Positions 26,316 to 40,528 of a stretch of 64,000 nucleotides of DNA are shown in pieces (position 1 is the stretch's first letter; the number at the start of each line of letters is the position of its first letter). A program made the translations under genes and the position numbers. This DNA is from the human T2T-CHM13v2.0 reference genome, Homo sapiens, in assembly GCF_009914755.1 (NCBI RefSeq), contig NC_060926.1; one strand, 5' to 3'. The notes under the pieces were generated by a model that saw only the letters and a list, made by a program, of their open reading frames with translations, searched no databases and had not been told where the DNA came from.

Positions 26316-27591
26316 CTAGAAGTGATTAAAGTGAAAATAAGGAGAGATTAGGTTTCCAGACCCAGAACATAAATACACAAAAGGTAAAATTAAATAACTG
26401 AAATAAGACATTCCTAATAATTTATTCACAGTGAAACCTTCACTCAAATCCATGCCTCTTTAGCCTGTAGTTCCTGAATTTGCAGCTCCCAAACATGCTA
26501 AATACAAGAAGATGAATGATAAATCCTCTAAACAAAAAGGAAAGGAGAAAAATTATTTGATGTCACACTCTGTGAAAACTCAGTGACAGAGAACTTCAGT
26601 TATCCCGTGCAAAATGGCATTGTGACAAGAATTCAATAGGGACCTGGCTTTGACATTTGTGATCTCAAGTGTTTTAGGAAATGCCACTAGAAGTTTCCTT
26701 TGTGGTCAAGAATTTTAAATAGTTCCTGGAAGTGAAGAGATGTGTGTGAGGTGCAAAGCAAGGAAGGACTAGGAGAAACAGATTGGAAAATAGGAAGAGG
26801 CCCCTTAACCTTTGGATGATGGTCTGAGAGCTTTGTAGGAGCTGGCTGAATATCAGTGGTGTGGAGGGTAATTTCTTGATTATAATTAAGCAACTGAGAC
26901 TGGAATAGAGAGGAGAAAGGATGAGAGACAGTGTGAGGGATGTGAGATGTGCCACAGGCAGCCTGGTAGGGAGCAGTGAGCTAGGGAAACAGGCATACTG
27001 CTCCCCTTTGAAGAACCAACCCTAATGGTTTGCTTCAGATGTCTACATGGCGATTACTTGGAGGAGGGACAAAGAAAAATATGGGCTGGTGGAGAGATCC
27101 ACTTTGCTTTTGCAGCCCCAAAGACGAGAACCAGGAGCACGGGGTAGAAGCTGAGGTGGACGACTGCAAGTCTTCCAGGAAGGTGCTCCCTGATGGTCCC
27201 ACCAGGCCAAGGAATGAGGGGACCTGGACTATATTGGGCATCTGGCCAGTAGGCATGGGCCAACTTCAAAGTCACATTCAGTGGGGCATGGACTGGCTGA
27301 TTTCAAAGATGCCATCCTATTCTGAGAGCCAATGAGTTTGTAATTATCTCAGTGCAACACTGCAGAACCTTTCAATGGGGCTATGATTAGTCTCAGGAGT
27401 GATGGAAGATCAATAATATGCTTCCTTCTGCAATTTCAATGGAACTACTTTTCCAGTATTTAATTTCTAATATTATCTGAAGAAACAACCCAGAGAGAAG
27501 AAAATTATTAAAAATGACTACTGATTACTTTTTTAACTAAAAAAAAAATGTTGATGTCACACTCTGTAGTCATGGGTCACACGGTGCATAC

Positions 27592-28206
27592 CTGGCCGTG
27601 AAGGAGGAGGGGTGTCCACCCCTGGAGGTGCAGGAGTGGCTGCGGAGGGTCCAAACGAGTTCATGATTCTTTCTTCTATGTTGGGAAGCTCTCTGAACTC
27701 TCGCACTGTGAAGACCAGTCTGGGGTCATTGGTGATGGTCTGCAGCTCTGTTCTGTCGATGTTCCGGTCTCCTACCCCTAAACTCACAATGCCCGAGGAA
27801 CGGATCACCTGGGCGAACCTGGACACATCGTCCTGGGATTTTCCACCCAGGACCAGGACCAGGTGTTGGGGCACCCCGTCTTCTATGCGACTCCCCGCAG
27901 ACTTAACAAAGAGGTTTCTTGCCACAAATTCGAGAGCCTTGCCAGTGTTCAGTGGGGACCCCCCTCTGAGCCTCAGGCGCCGTATGGCGTCCAGCACCGG
28001 GGCCTGGGATCTGTAGGTTTTCAGATAGAATTCTGGGAAGACATCATTGCTGAACTGCACGACCCCAACTCTCACTTTACTGGGGCCGATGTTGAGTCTT
28101 CGAACAATCCTGCTAACAAAATCTCGAATATGTGCAAAGCCATCTGGCCTAACTCCCTCAGAGCTGTCGATCAGAAAGACAATGTCTGCAGCATCACTCT
28201 CAACTG
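27592..28206 (-). CDS. COL6A3: Exon 10, vWA domain N3 (615 nt)
   Basis: [20 protein letters not shown]...TPPPSRP; CAGCAG acceptor, GTATGC donor. Confidence 0.96.
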
Positions 28207-28861
28207 CTGCAGATCAAAGAAGAAAAAGGGAAACATTCAGTGTGTAAGTAGCCCTCACCCAGGTTTGGTGTGCACCTTGCACCATAATCCTAATCAACCT
28301 TAAGATTATATCCCAAGATGCCTGTGTTGTTTGTATCTCGGGCTTTTTGAAATTAGCCGTTAAAAATTGGACCTTTTACACCAAAACAATTTCTGCTCCT
28401 TGAAATATTTGAAGTTATCCAAAACGTGTCTTTCTGAATTTACTCTATTTAAATTTTGGCATTGTGGTCTGGGTTACTACTGATTTCTAAAATGTAAGGA
28501 GCATTTAGAAATCAATCTTGGGCTACCGTAATCTACAGAATCATGAACTGTTGCTACCAGAAGAGACCAAGGCCACTGGGATCTATATCTTTGTTGTACA
28601 AGAAGAGAAACAGCTGAGGCCAAAGGTTCTCGCCTTGTCCAAGGCCATCACTTAGCAAGTGAGACCCCTGAGGAGCCCAACACCATCCCAGCATGCTGCG
28701 CAATCTCAGCCCATGGGGGCAGGGTACGTATAACACAGTGCCATATCCAAGGGGTCACATTAATGCTCCCCAGGCATTTGTGCCCTCGTATTTCCTTTTT
28801 GCTCACACATCTCTAGCATTTATATGAAGTTTTTATTTTTCACTATTATTCCTCTATTTCC

Positions 28862-29190
28862 TTTTCTTTCTTTTTTTTTTTTCTGAGACATGGTCTCTTT
28901 CTATCTCCCAGGCTGGAGTGCAGTTGCACAGTCACAGCTCACTGCAGCCTTGACCTCCCAGGCTCAAGCAATCCTCCCTCCTTATCCTCCAAGTAGCTGG
29001 AACTACAGACATGAACCACCATGCCTGTGCCTTTATTTTTTAAATTTCATTAAAATTTTTTTTTTTAATTTTTTGGATGAGGGTCTCACTGTGTTGCCCA
29101 GGCTGGTCTTGAACTCCTGGGCCCAAGTGATCCTCCTGCCTCAGCCTCCCAAAGTGCTAGAATTATAGGCATGAGCCGCCATGCCCAGCT
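28862..29190 (-). mobile_element. AluJ-like
   Basis: Antisense dimeric Alu with AluJ-type diagnostics (cacagctcactgcagccttgacctcc). Confidence 0.9.
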
Positions 29191-29256
29191 TCCCCCACCC
29201 ACCCTGACTCATTTTCTTTACATTAGCGCATTTTTAAAAATATTTAATTCTATTAA

Positions 29257-29565
<309 letters not shown>

Positions 29566-30343
29566 TAGTGCATTTTTAACAATAAAATTAATCAAAAGAT
29601 CCTGAGAAAGATGAGCCACATTTTCCTATTAGTTAGAATTTTAGGTACTCCTCAGATGCTATTTTATTAAACTTGTATGTTGCTACTCCACACATTTCAA
29701 CCTGCCCTTTGCCTCATACACAATTGGGCAATTTACGGTGTAAATGCAGCATAGTGGAAGCTGAGCAGCTCTTGTGATGGAGCTGTTTAAGAAAGAGAGA
29801 ATCAGCCCCCGCATTGGGGAGCTGGTCCAGCACACATGGCCTTGGGGTTCTCCTGTTGAGCACACATGATCTCACAGGACCCCCACAACAGACAAGGCTA
29901 CTCTGTGATCACAATGGGGCAAGATGAAAATGAGACCACATTGTAACCCTATCTGAACACAGACAAAAAGAAAAACATGGTGCAAACCACAAAAAGGACA
30001 AAAACACTCCCTGTCCTGGTTAATAAGAGTGACTGCTCTTCTCTACCAATCTATACCAAGGCCATCCTGCTTCTAGGTAAGACTTAAGATACAGCTACAG
30101 AATCACCTCCACGTCTTGACAACATCCAATCCAGGCCACAGTTCCATTTCTTTAAGCCTTCCACAAAATGACCTGCCACTAGCTCAAGTCCCCCCAGTCC
30201 TTCCGGCCACCCTCCTATGGAGATGCCCTCATGCTTTGCCACGGTATGCATTCTCCCTGGATGCCATGAGCAATAGACCCAACTTGTTCAGTCGCAGGTG
30301 TGTCCTGGTGGGGTCTGGCTGGTGGGCATGAAGAACATAAAGG

Positions 30344-30636
30344 TGCTGGGCGCGGTGTCTCAGGCCTGTAATCCCAGCACTTTGGGAGGCCGCAGCAGGT
30401 GGATCACTTGAGCTCAGGGGCTTGAGACCAGCCTGGCCAACATGGTGAAACCCCGTCTCCACAAAAAATACAAAAAATTAGCCGGGCGTGGTGGTATGAA
30501 CCTGTAGTCCTAGCTACTGAGGAGGCTGAAGTGGGAGGTTGGCTGGATCCCAGAAGGCAGAGGTTAAAATGAGTTATGATCATGCCACTGCACTCCAGCC
30601 TGGACGACAGAGCCAGACCCTGTCTCAAAATAAAAA
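30344..30636 (+). mobile_element. Alu (old, J-like)
   Basis: Dimeric Alu; TSD cataaaggt on both sides. Confidence 0.92.
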
Positions 30637-30660
30637 CCATAAAGGTAAGGGCATACAACC

Positions 30661-30681
30661 TTTATTTTAATTTAATTTATT
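30661..30681 (-). terminator. Intronic polyadenylation signal cluster (2x AATAAA, 2x ATTAAA) in intron 9
   Basis: Minus strand AATAAATTAAATTAAAATAAA lies 33-53 nt after the in-frame TGA (30714-30716) reached by reading through the exon 9 donor. Confidence 0.75.
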
Positions 30682-30760
30682 ATGAGTACCATGGCCTTTG
30701 AGCCTGTTATTTTTCATATGGAAAATGCTCCAAGGAGAACCTCCGACGCCCCCATCTCAC

Positions 30761-31366
30761 CTGGAGGTGGATAGCGAGTGCTGGCTAAGAGCTTCTGGAT
30801 CTGCTCTGAGGTCAGGGTCGTGATGGGCGTCAGCAGTTTCTGCTCCAGGCTGGGCAGCTCCCGGAAGGTGCTCACCGAGAACACATATTCGGGGCTCAGC
30901 GAGATCTTCACCAGCTCCTCCTGGTCTGCGTTCCTGGCGATCGTGAAAGGGGCCACGCCAAACTGCTTGAGCTCCACCGCCGGGTCGTCCACCTCATCGT
31001 CAGACTTTCCAGACGAGATGAGGACCAGGAACTGCGGGACGCCCTCTTCAATGCGGCTCCCCAGGGGCCTCTTGAAGATGTTCCTGGACACGTACTCCAG
31101 GGCATTGCCCACGTTGATCTGCCGCCCTCCCTTGGGCCTCAGCCGCTGCACCGCGTTCTGCACTTCATCCTTGCTGGAATGGGCGTTCAGCAGGAACTCC
31201 ACCTTGGGGTCATCGCTGAACTGGATGACAGCCACCCGGGTGGTGTCAAAGCCCACGTCCAGGTAGTCAACCAGCCTCTCTATGAGGGTGCGAACGTACT
31301 GGAACTCAGGCCCGGCACTTTGGGACCCATCGATGAGAAAGACCACGTCCCTCTTGCCACCAACAC
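30761..31366 (-). CDS. COL6A3: Exon 9, vWA domain N4 (606 nt)
   Basis: [19 protein letters not shown]...STRYPPP; CAG acceptor, GTGAGA donor. Confidence 0.97.
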
Positions 31367-33440
31367 CTGCGAAACAAATGTGAGCATGGCTTCACCTTCA
31401 TCGTCACCAAATTCTTAGCGTTCATGAGCCACCGCCCAGTTTGTCATGGATTCACAGGCAGGGGATCCTAACACCAATCACCACTGTTAAAAGTCCAAGA
31501 AGTGGGAGTCCTGGGCATTTCAGTGTTTACACATCAAAGAGAAGGGGAGCAAAGGATGAAAAACCCGACGGAGGCAGAATCAGAAGAGCCTCATCAGCAC
31601 CAGCGAGGATGGTACTTGGGAAGGACGTGACCTGCACTGCATCAGGTGCTGCTCAGGGACCCGAGGGTCAGCCACTGGGCTTCGCCAGAGACAGGGACCT
31701 TGTCAGATGGAGTGACCTCAACTGGAGCACTTGGGGGAGGAGCAAGGGTGAATGACAAAGTAGGGTGGGCTCAGAGAGGATGGGAGGAAAGGAACTTTAG
31801 AGTATAGATAAGTCTTTAGGAGACAGGTGCTGCTGGCAGGGGAAGTGGCGCATCAGAGAGGGTGTTTAAGAGAGAAGAAGCAATGCATTTTATCATGGAT
31901 GGAACCATCCAGCACAGTGGAGAAAGGGTGACACAAGAGCAAGAAAGGGAACTGCAGATGGTGCCACTGAGCAGGTGAGAGGAAAGGGAGCTGAGGAAGC
32001 GGAGACAGGCCACCCAAGGAACCACGGGATGACGTGGCCGGGGACAGCTCTCTTTGGGTTTACTTGCATTTTCTTGGAGAAATAGGACTCAAGATTACCA
32101 GCTGAGAGTCAGGTGGGTCAGGAGAGGTGTGAGAGAAGCCTCCGAATGGGGAGAAGGGGGAAAGAGGGAGGCTGTTCTGGAGCGCAGGAGAGTGAGTGGG
32201 CAAAGAGCCACAGCGTTGTGGAAATGTACGTTCCTGACAACAGAAGCTGCACCCGCACTGTGACAATATTCCCAAAGTCCATCCTCGGCAATCTGGGGCC
32301 AAGACACAGCATCACAGAGGCCTCCTGCAGGCAGATACATTTTGGAAATGTTGCATTTCCTTTCTTGTGTTGGAGACACACAAAGCGCCTTAGTTAGGAA
32401 GAAAGAAAGCCTCTTTCACTTTGTTTATCCCACTGTTGCCCAAATTTACCTGATCATAAATGCTCAGGAACATCCCACAGAAACCTGGTGGGCCACACTG
32501 CTCTCTTCCCCAGGCACCAGCGAGGAGAAACCAAGCCCCTCTCAGTTGCACCCAAATAATCATCCTCACCTCCCTCATCACCCACTGTATCCTGCAGTGA
32601 TTTCCTTTCACTTGCTTTTACTCCTTCCTCCGCTCCTCCCCAACTTTCCTTCTTTTCTCTCCTCTTGGAAGAGCAGGCAAGTGAGTGCATATGAGGGAGC
32701 AAGGCCGCATCTGCCTCCTTCGCCACTGTGAACCCCCCCCACCCGAGTGACCCGGGAGAGTGGCCCTTGGAGGACATTTATTGAGAGGTAGATATATCTT
32801 TCCTCCTTCCTTCTCAGCACCAGGGCTCCCACCATTTTTTAGTTTATTGTACCAGGCCTAGAAAGAGGGAACAGGAAAAAGAAAATAGAATAAACTATGG
32901 TCATAAGAGCCAGGTGGCCTTCCTGCCAGTTAAGACACTTCTCAGCACCAAGCAAAGTCAAAATTATCTTCACACCTTGGCTCTGGAGATACCAATATTT
33001 CAGAGTCTATGTCCCAGCTTGCAGAGTGTCCCTGGTCAGACTCCTTCCTGCCTCACAGAAGGCTGCTGACCAAACCTACCAGGGGTCGCAGGACTGATAC
33101 GCAACAGGCGTTATCAGTTAGACGGCCCCTCCCTTTGGATATCTAGACAGAAGCTTTCATGCAAAGTTAAGGAGTCCTGAATTCCAAGCTGCACATATGT
33201 CCCTTTTGGAGAATTTAATTTGCCCCAAAACATGAATCTTAGCATCTCCCCCCTTGAACCTCTGCCATTTCTGCCCATCGAGGCCAAAAAGGGCATGTGG
33301 GTTCCTAAATTTTCCTGTAATTTTAGTTTTCACTTCACATGGCAGGAAAAGCAAAATTGAGAACACCTTGTGGCCCACAGTCCAGACAAGTAGCCCCAGA
33401 CAATGACACTGAGTGAGGATGCAAAGAGTTCCCTGCGTAC

Positions 33441-34049
33441 CTGGGCTCGGTAGAGGCTGCAACACCGGCTGCAGCCTGCTCAGCTCCTCGCGGGTGAGCT
33501 GGGTCACCCTCTCAGAGATGACCTGTTGGACGGTCCCCAGCTGGCGAAAGGTGGGAATGGCCACGGCAAAGTCCGGGATGAAGGAGATGGTCTGCATCTC
33601 TGTGATGTCAGCGTTCCCGATGCCAATGCCAATGGGCACAGCCCCACCCCTCTTCACGACCACGGAGGGGTTCCGCACATCATCCCCAGACCTGTCGGCC
33701 GTGAGGACGATCAGCAGCTGGGGCACACCTTCTGTTATCCTGCTTCCCGCAGAGCTGACCAGGATGTTCCTCAGGACAAACTCCAGGGCGGCCCCGGTGT
33801 TGGGGGTCGGCCCTCCCAGCAGGGTCAGCTGGCGGACAGCGTTGACGACGTCCTGCTTGTTCATGTATGAATTCAGGTAGAACTCGGGCCTGGTCCGGTC
33901 GCTGTACTGCACCACGGCCACGCGGACCCGGTCCTGGCCCACATCCAGGCTTTCCACCACTCTCTGGACAAACTCTTTCAACAGAGGGAAGCCGCTCCTG
34001 ACGCCCTCAGAGCCATCAAGCAGAAACACCACGTCCTTTTCACCTGAAA
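33441..34049 (-). CDS. COL6A3: Exon 8, vWA domain N5 (609 nt)
   Basis: [18 protein letters not shown]...LQPLPSP; CAG acceptor, GTACGC donor. Confidence 0.96.
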
Positions 34050-34119
34050 CTGGGAGGAGGACAGCCTGGTAACTCACACAGGACATCAGAGCAGCAATTT
34101 CATATCAACGAGGTGGGCT

Positions 34120-35064
<945 letters not shown>

Positions 35065-35800
35065 TAGCATTTTATCGATGGGAGGTTTCAATTGAGTTGC
35101 TGCAAGTCACAAGTGGGTTAATGGGAGGAAACGGAACCCAGATGTCGGAGTTACCATCCCAAGCCAACGGCCAATGGGCCCAGTAATCAAAGGAGAGGCT
35201 CTGGAGTCTTCATTTTTCATCAAAAGGCATACAGGGGAAATTACTCTCTTCACTGCATTTTTATCACTAAATTAAAGGGGTTAAATGAAAAGTCATGGCA
35301 GTGTCAATTAGCAGTTGGGGGATTTTAATGCAGAGTTTATGGTGGAAAGTTATCTACCTCTTCTACTCCTTTAATTTTTAATGAATGTAATGAAGGAATT
35401 ATAACAATATAAAGGCATTGGGTGAATATGAAGATGAAGGCTGTTTTAGGTACAATGTAACCATATGATATGGCTTTTATTATGCATACCATAAAAACTG
35501 TTTTTAAAAAAGGATTTTAACCACTGATATCTAAATCTTTATAACATGTCTTACTATGAAATAATCTAATGCCCTTAAAAATACTCACCCTCATTCTCCT
35601 GAGAGAGCAGCTAGAGAATCAAAGTAAGGAGGGACATCTCATATTCTATTGTTCCTGCTGAAACCAGCAGGTGATTAATTTTCCACCTTTCCTGTAAACT
35701 CAAGGAGGGCTTCTATCTAAGGACCAGTGGCCAGCAGCCTACCCTCAACTCATGCATTAGAGAACTGAGTGGCAGAGCAACTAGCATTTCTCTACCATAC

Positions 35801-36373
35801 CTGGTGCTGGTGCTCCGTTGTGCACTGATTTTAAGAGATTCACTATCTGTGGATGAAGATCTCCAATCTTGGGAAGCGACTCTGCAGCCAGGATAAACGC
35901 TGGAGACAGCACGATCTGCTCTAACTCAGCAGGGTCTGCGTTCTTGGCTTGGAAGATGAAAGGCACAACCCCACTCTGCTTCAGGTTACTTGCTGGCCCA
36001 TCCACACGGTCAGATGACCTTCCTGCGACCAGCAGCACCAGGAACTGAAGCACTCCATCCTCGATCCGGCTGCCAGCAGACTTCACAAAAATGTACCTCT
36101 GTGCATAGTCCAGCGCGTAGCCCAGGTTGAGGGCTTTGCCCGTCTTGATCTTCATTCTCTTCACAAGATTCAGGATCTCAGGCTTACTCTGGTGCTCATC
36201 AAAACGGGACTCCACCTTGACATCATCGCTGTACTGAGCCACCGCAATTCGGGTCCCCTCTGGCTTCACATTGAGCTCATCGATAATCTTGTAGAGAAAG
36301 TCACGGACAACAGGGAACTGGCCCACAAGATTGGCTGAGCCGTCAAAGAGGAACAGAATGTCTCGCTTGCTCT
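35801..36373 (-). CDS. COL6A3: Exon 7, vWA domain N6 (573 nt)
   Basis: [18 protein letters not shown]...HNGAPAP; CAG acceptor, GTATGG donor. Confidence 0.97.
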
Positions 36374-37664
36374 CTGCAATGAAGGTAGATTAGGATACAA
36401 TGAGGGACGAGAGCATAACAGGAACCAAAGCGACTTCAGCCCAGCACCATTTGACAACAGGAGTTGGTGAAACTCATCTGATGACCACTGTGCCAGCAAG
36501 AGAAGAGAAAACCCAAATTCATACCACTTGTCTTGAAAATGTCCTATTTCAAATCAGTGCATATTTGCAAAGCTAGTAACTAGAACAGCCTATCCCATCT
36601 AGCATCATGCTTCTTCAATAAAGCAAGCCAGGGAAAAGCCCCACTGGGTTGTGTTCTTACATCAGGTGGCAATCGCTCCAGGAAAACAGACAGCAGTTTC
36701 AAACTGTTACAAATAAAAGTATTGAAAACATGGCCCTTAATATACCTTTGCTTAAAAAAATTGATCTCAATCTCTAGAAAAAAAAAGGGGGGGCTGATAT
36801 GGGTCAACCACTCAAAGATAACTGGGTTGCCATGAATCTGCTGTAATTGAATGATCAAATCATTAAATTTGAGGTTACGGGCCAAGACCCACAATAGTGC
36901 CCATTACTGCTGTGTGGGTCAGGCTCCTTGTCAATGCTTCCCAATCTGTTGTAATGAGACAATAGGAAACACAGATGACAGGCCCTATGGCACCGCAATG
37001 TGTAATGTAAATAACATTCTCAGTTAAAACAGTTCTTAGAACTATTTTGATTAGGTTTCAATTGGTTTAGTCTTGCCATTCATCTGTGTGATGTTAGCAG
37101 ACTGGTAGATCTGATACAACCATATCTTACCACCATAATAATTTGCAATAATAATAATAAGTTAGCCTTCCCCTAGAAACCATTTTACCATTGCATGAAG
37201 ATGCACCCTTTGTTTGTTTTATAACAAATAATTTTCTAGATACAGCAGATGTTGAACATTTAAAAATCATGTAAAAATACAATTTCAACGTTTAAATAAT
37301 CCCAAGGCATATTCATGTAAGAAAAATCTCTCTCTGTCTCCCTCCACCCCATGATCCCCAAATCTGGATTCGAACTCCAGAATCCTCACAGTCATTAGAG
37401 GAAAAAAAATCCTTCTGAATAAAGGGTGAGGCAAAATGGACAGAACATAAGCTGGATGTTCTAGACTTTCCTTCGTGAACACCCTTTAGACAGAGTCCAG
37501 CCTTGCTGGTACAGTGTCTCAAGTCCCCATTCAAACTATTTCAATGGAAGGGAGCCAATTGTCTTTGTACAGTCCACAGTGCTCTTGAGTTCAGACTGGC
37601 AAACTACCCTCCAGGGTGGTGTCTGAGGAAGGAGAGGGAGTTCCCGGCAACAGGGGAGGTTTAC

Positions 37665-38264
37665 CTGGCTGAGCGAGTGGTACTTCCTCCACACCTCCAC
37701 TAACATATGTGGTTAGGGGCTGAATCAGCTGCTGAGGCAAAGCTGGCAGGGAGCTGAAATCATCCATGAGATACACCAGGCTTGGGTTAAAAGCAATCTG
37801 CTCAAGCTCTGCCTTATTCGCCTGGCTAGCTCCCACACAAAAAGTCAGGATGCCCGCGCGTGTCAAGGCGTTGGCAGCTTGCAAATAGGAGTCCTCAGAC
37901 TGCCCAGCTGTGAGCAGAAGCAGGAGCTGCGGCACGTGTTCACGGATCCTGCTGCCGCCAGCTTCCGTGAAGTGGTTGGCATAGACATAGCTTAGGGCTG
38001 AGCCTGTGTTCAGGCCCGAACCTCCCTGGAGCTGCAGCTGCCTCAGATGACCAAGGATATCTGACTTGGTCTGGTATGTGTTTAAAGAGAACTCCGTTAC
38101 AGGAGTGTCACTAAATTGCACTAAACCAACACGAATATTGTCATTTCCAATATCAAGGCTGTTAACTAGGTTCATTACAAAGTCGCGCACATAAGGGAAA
38201 TTGGTTTTTCCAACGTTGGCTGATCCATCCAAAAGAAAGATGATATCCCTTTTGTTTGAGTGAA
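37665..38264 (-). CDS. COL6A3: Exon 6, vWA domain N7 (600 nt)
   Basis: [19 protein letters not shown]...VPLAQP; CAG acceptor, GTAAAC donor. Confidence 0.97.
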
Positions 38265-39943
38265 CTGCAGTGAAGCACAGAAAAAAAAGTGAGACATACA
38301 CAACCACGGAGAGTTTTATCATGTGTGCCTACAACACGTGCACACATGCCAACATTTAGAACACAGAGAAAGTCAGCATGGCAAAGCATGTCCATCTTGT
38401 AAAATATGGCAGATGGCTGCATATTTTCCTCTGGTGGTGGCTGGTGTTTGTGAGACATATTGGTAGCCGAGTTTACAAAACCAAGTTGGCTCAAAGAGAG
38501 CTACAACATCAAAGTTAGAATGTTTACAGACAACAAAAGTGATCAGAATCCTTGAAACCAAACACTCCTTCCCTAAAAATGAATACTATGAAGGTGCTGC
38601 ATCAGTCCATATCACTCATCCCAGCCAGGTTTAAGTTTGCCTGGCTGGATCCTCTGGGGCTCACCTCTACCCACAAACAGAGGGTCTTCCATCCATAGCT
38701 CAGAAGCAGTTAGCCCTCACTAACCTGAGAAAACGAGTTCCTTAAGGCTAAAAAAAATAGCAAAAGTAGGCTGGTCTCATATTGAAGTCTTCTTCAGACT
38801 TCCCCGTTTGTCATTCTCCACTGGGACTCTTCTCCTATTAGGAAGTCACAGTCTTGCTAGGCAATCATCCAACAGGGGAATTCCCCCAAAGTGAGATGAT
38901 GGGACCGTAAATACACAGCAAAATAGAAGGAGACTAGTTGCTAGGCTTGGCCAAACTTATACACATCAAGAATAAAAAGTATAATTCTCAAAATAGTGTA
39001 TTTGACCCAACACATTTACCATGTGCCTTTAAAATTTTATTTTTTATTTCTTCCCTGATGCCCTACTGTAATTTAGACCTCACAACTAATTGTATCCTAA
39101 GTTGAACTTTGGCTATGAAAGTGTGGATTAAAAGTTTTAAGAAAAATTTTAAAAGAGAGAGAAAGAGATGGATATAGAAGACCAGGGAGTGTGAAGAGAA
39201 AGCATGCATCCAGGCAGCATGGGTCATGCCTGCATCAGGCAATCCTCTAGTGATCGAGTCTGCAAGGTGGGAAAGCATCATTCTGTGATGCTCATCTTCT
39301 CTTCATTAAGGGCAGTGAATTGTATTTCTTCAACTCATTAGCTCATAGATCTGTATAATGTCTTTAAAAATAACTCTCCACTGGCAATCATATTAAATGA
39401 GGGATTTGAAGAACCACTAGGTTTGAACTCCACACTTAGCCATTCAATATGCTTTCCCATTGAGGGTAATCCCTTAACGAGAGAGAAGAGAGGGATTAAA
39501 AGCTGAGGACACTGTGCCCTAAACAGCTCAGACTGGGGCTGTTTAGAAGTAGATGGACAACTCAGGAAAGGAAAGCTACATCCTGGTGATGAGGAGGAGA
39601 CTGGACAGAAATCACCAGTAGAAACAGAAGAACACAGGGATCTGACAAGCGATAAGAACTGAGATGTGACCTCCTCGGCCAGAAGCTTCAAAGACAGGTG
39701 GTGGCCCATGGTCCTGTGGTTTAAATCATATGGTTCTTATATGAAATTTCATTGCATGACATTGTAAACCATACAATCCTGAACCCAGTGCAAAAGGAAA
39801 CCTGGAATAAATCATGTTCGTTGCTGCTGTTTTCATCATTTGTTGTCTCTTAGCTAAACACAAACACACTTCATTTTGTTTTGTTCTTAAAGGCCCTGCC
39901 TGGAGACCACCCCATTGTGTGTCTGAAGCCATCACCACCATAC

Positions 39944-40528
39944 CTTCAGGGGTTCCAGAGAGGGTCCTGAGAGGTGCCAGCAAGCCAGGCAGCATGCCTT
40001 GCAATGGGGCGGCTCGGAACTCAGCTGGGATGAACACCAGGGAGGAGTCGAAAGCGATCTCTTCCAGCTCAGCCTGATCGGCACCCTTGTTCCCAATGGC
40101 AAAGGCCATTATGCTGCTTCTCTTCAGCTCCTGGGCAGGCTGGCTGATTTCATCTAGGGACTTACCACCTGTGATCAGCACCAAAAGCTTAGGAATCCCC
40201 TCGGCAGCCCGGTAGCCGGCTGAACTCGTGAATAGGTTGTTACGAACAAAGTCTAGAGCAGAGCCCGTGTACAGGGCCGAGCCGTCCAGGGGCTTCATTT
40301 TCCGCACAGCGGTTATGACTTCCCTTTTTGTTGGATGGGTATTGAAATAAAATTCAGGCCTCACAGTGTCTGCATACTGGGCCACTGCCACCTGGATAAG
40401 ATCCTGTCCGATTTCCAGCCTCTGGATGACTTTAGCAATGAAGTCTCGGATGGCATTGAAGTTGGCCAGTCCCAGTGCAGATGAGCCATCCACCAGGAAG
40501 ACTATGTCTCTCTTGTTGACTTCAATGA
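39944..40528 (-). CDS. COL6A3: Exon 5, vWA domain N8 (585 nt)
   Basis: [20 protein letters not shown]...LSGTPE; CAG acceptor, GTATGG donor. Confidence 0.97.

Noticed and set aside
33157-33440. ~95-codon read-through of exon 8 into intron 8 (similar extensions after exons 5, 10 and 11)
   Set aside because: No tight poly(A)-signal cluster right after the stop, unlike intron 9; the lone ATTAAA ~90 nt after the exon 10 read-through stop is weak evidence
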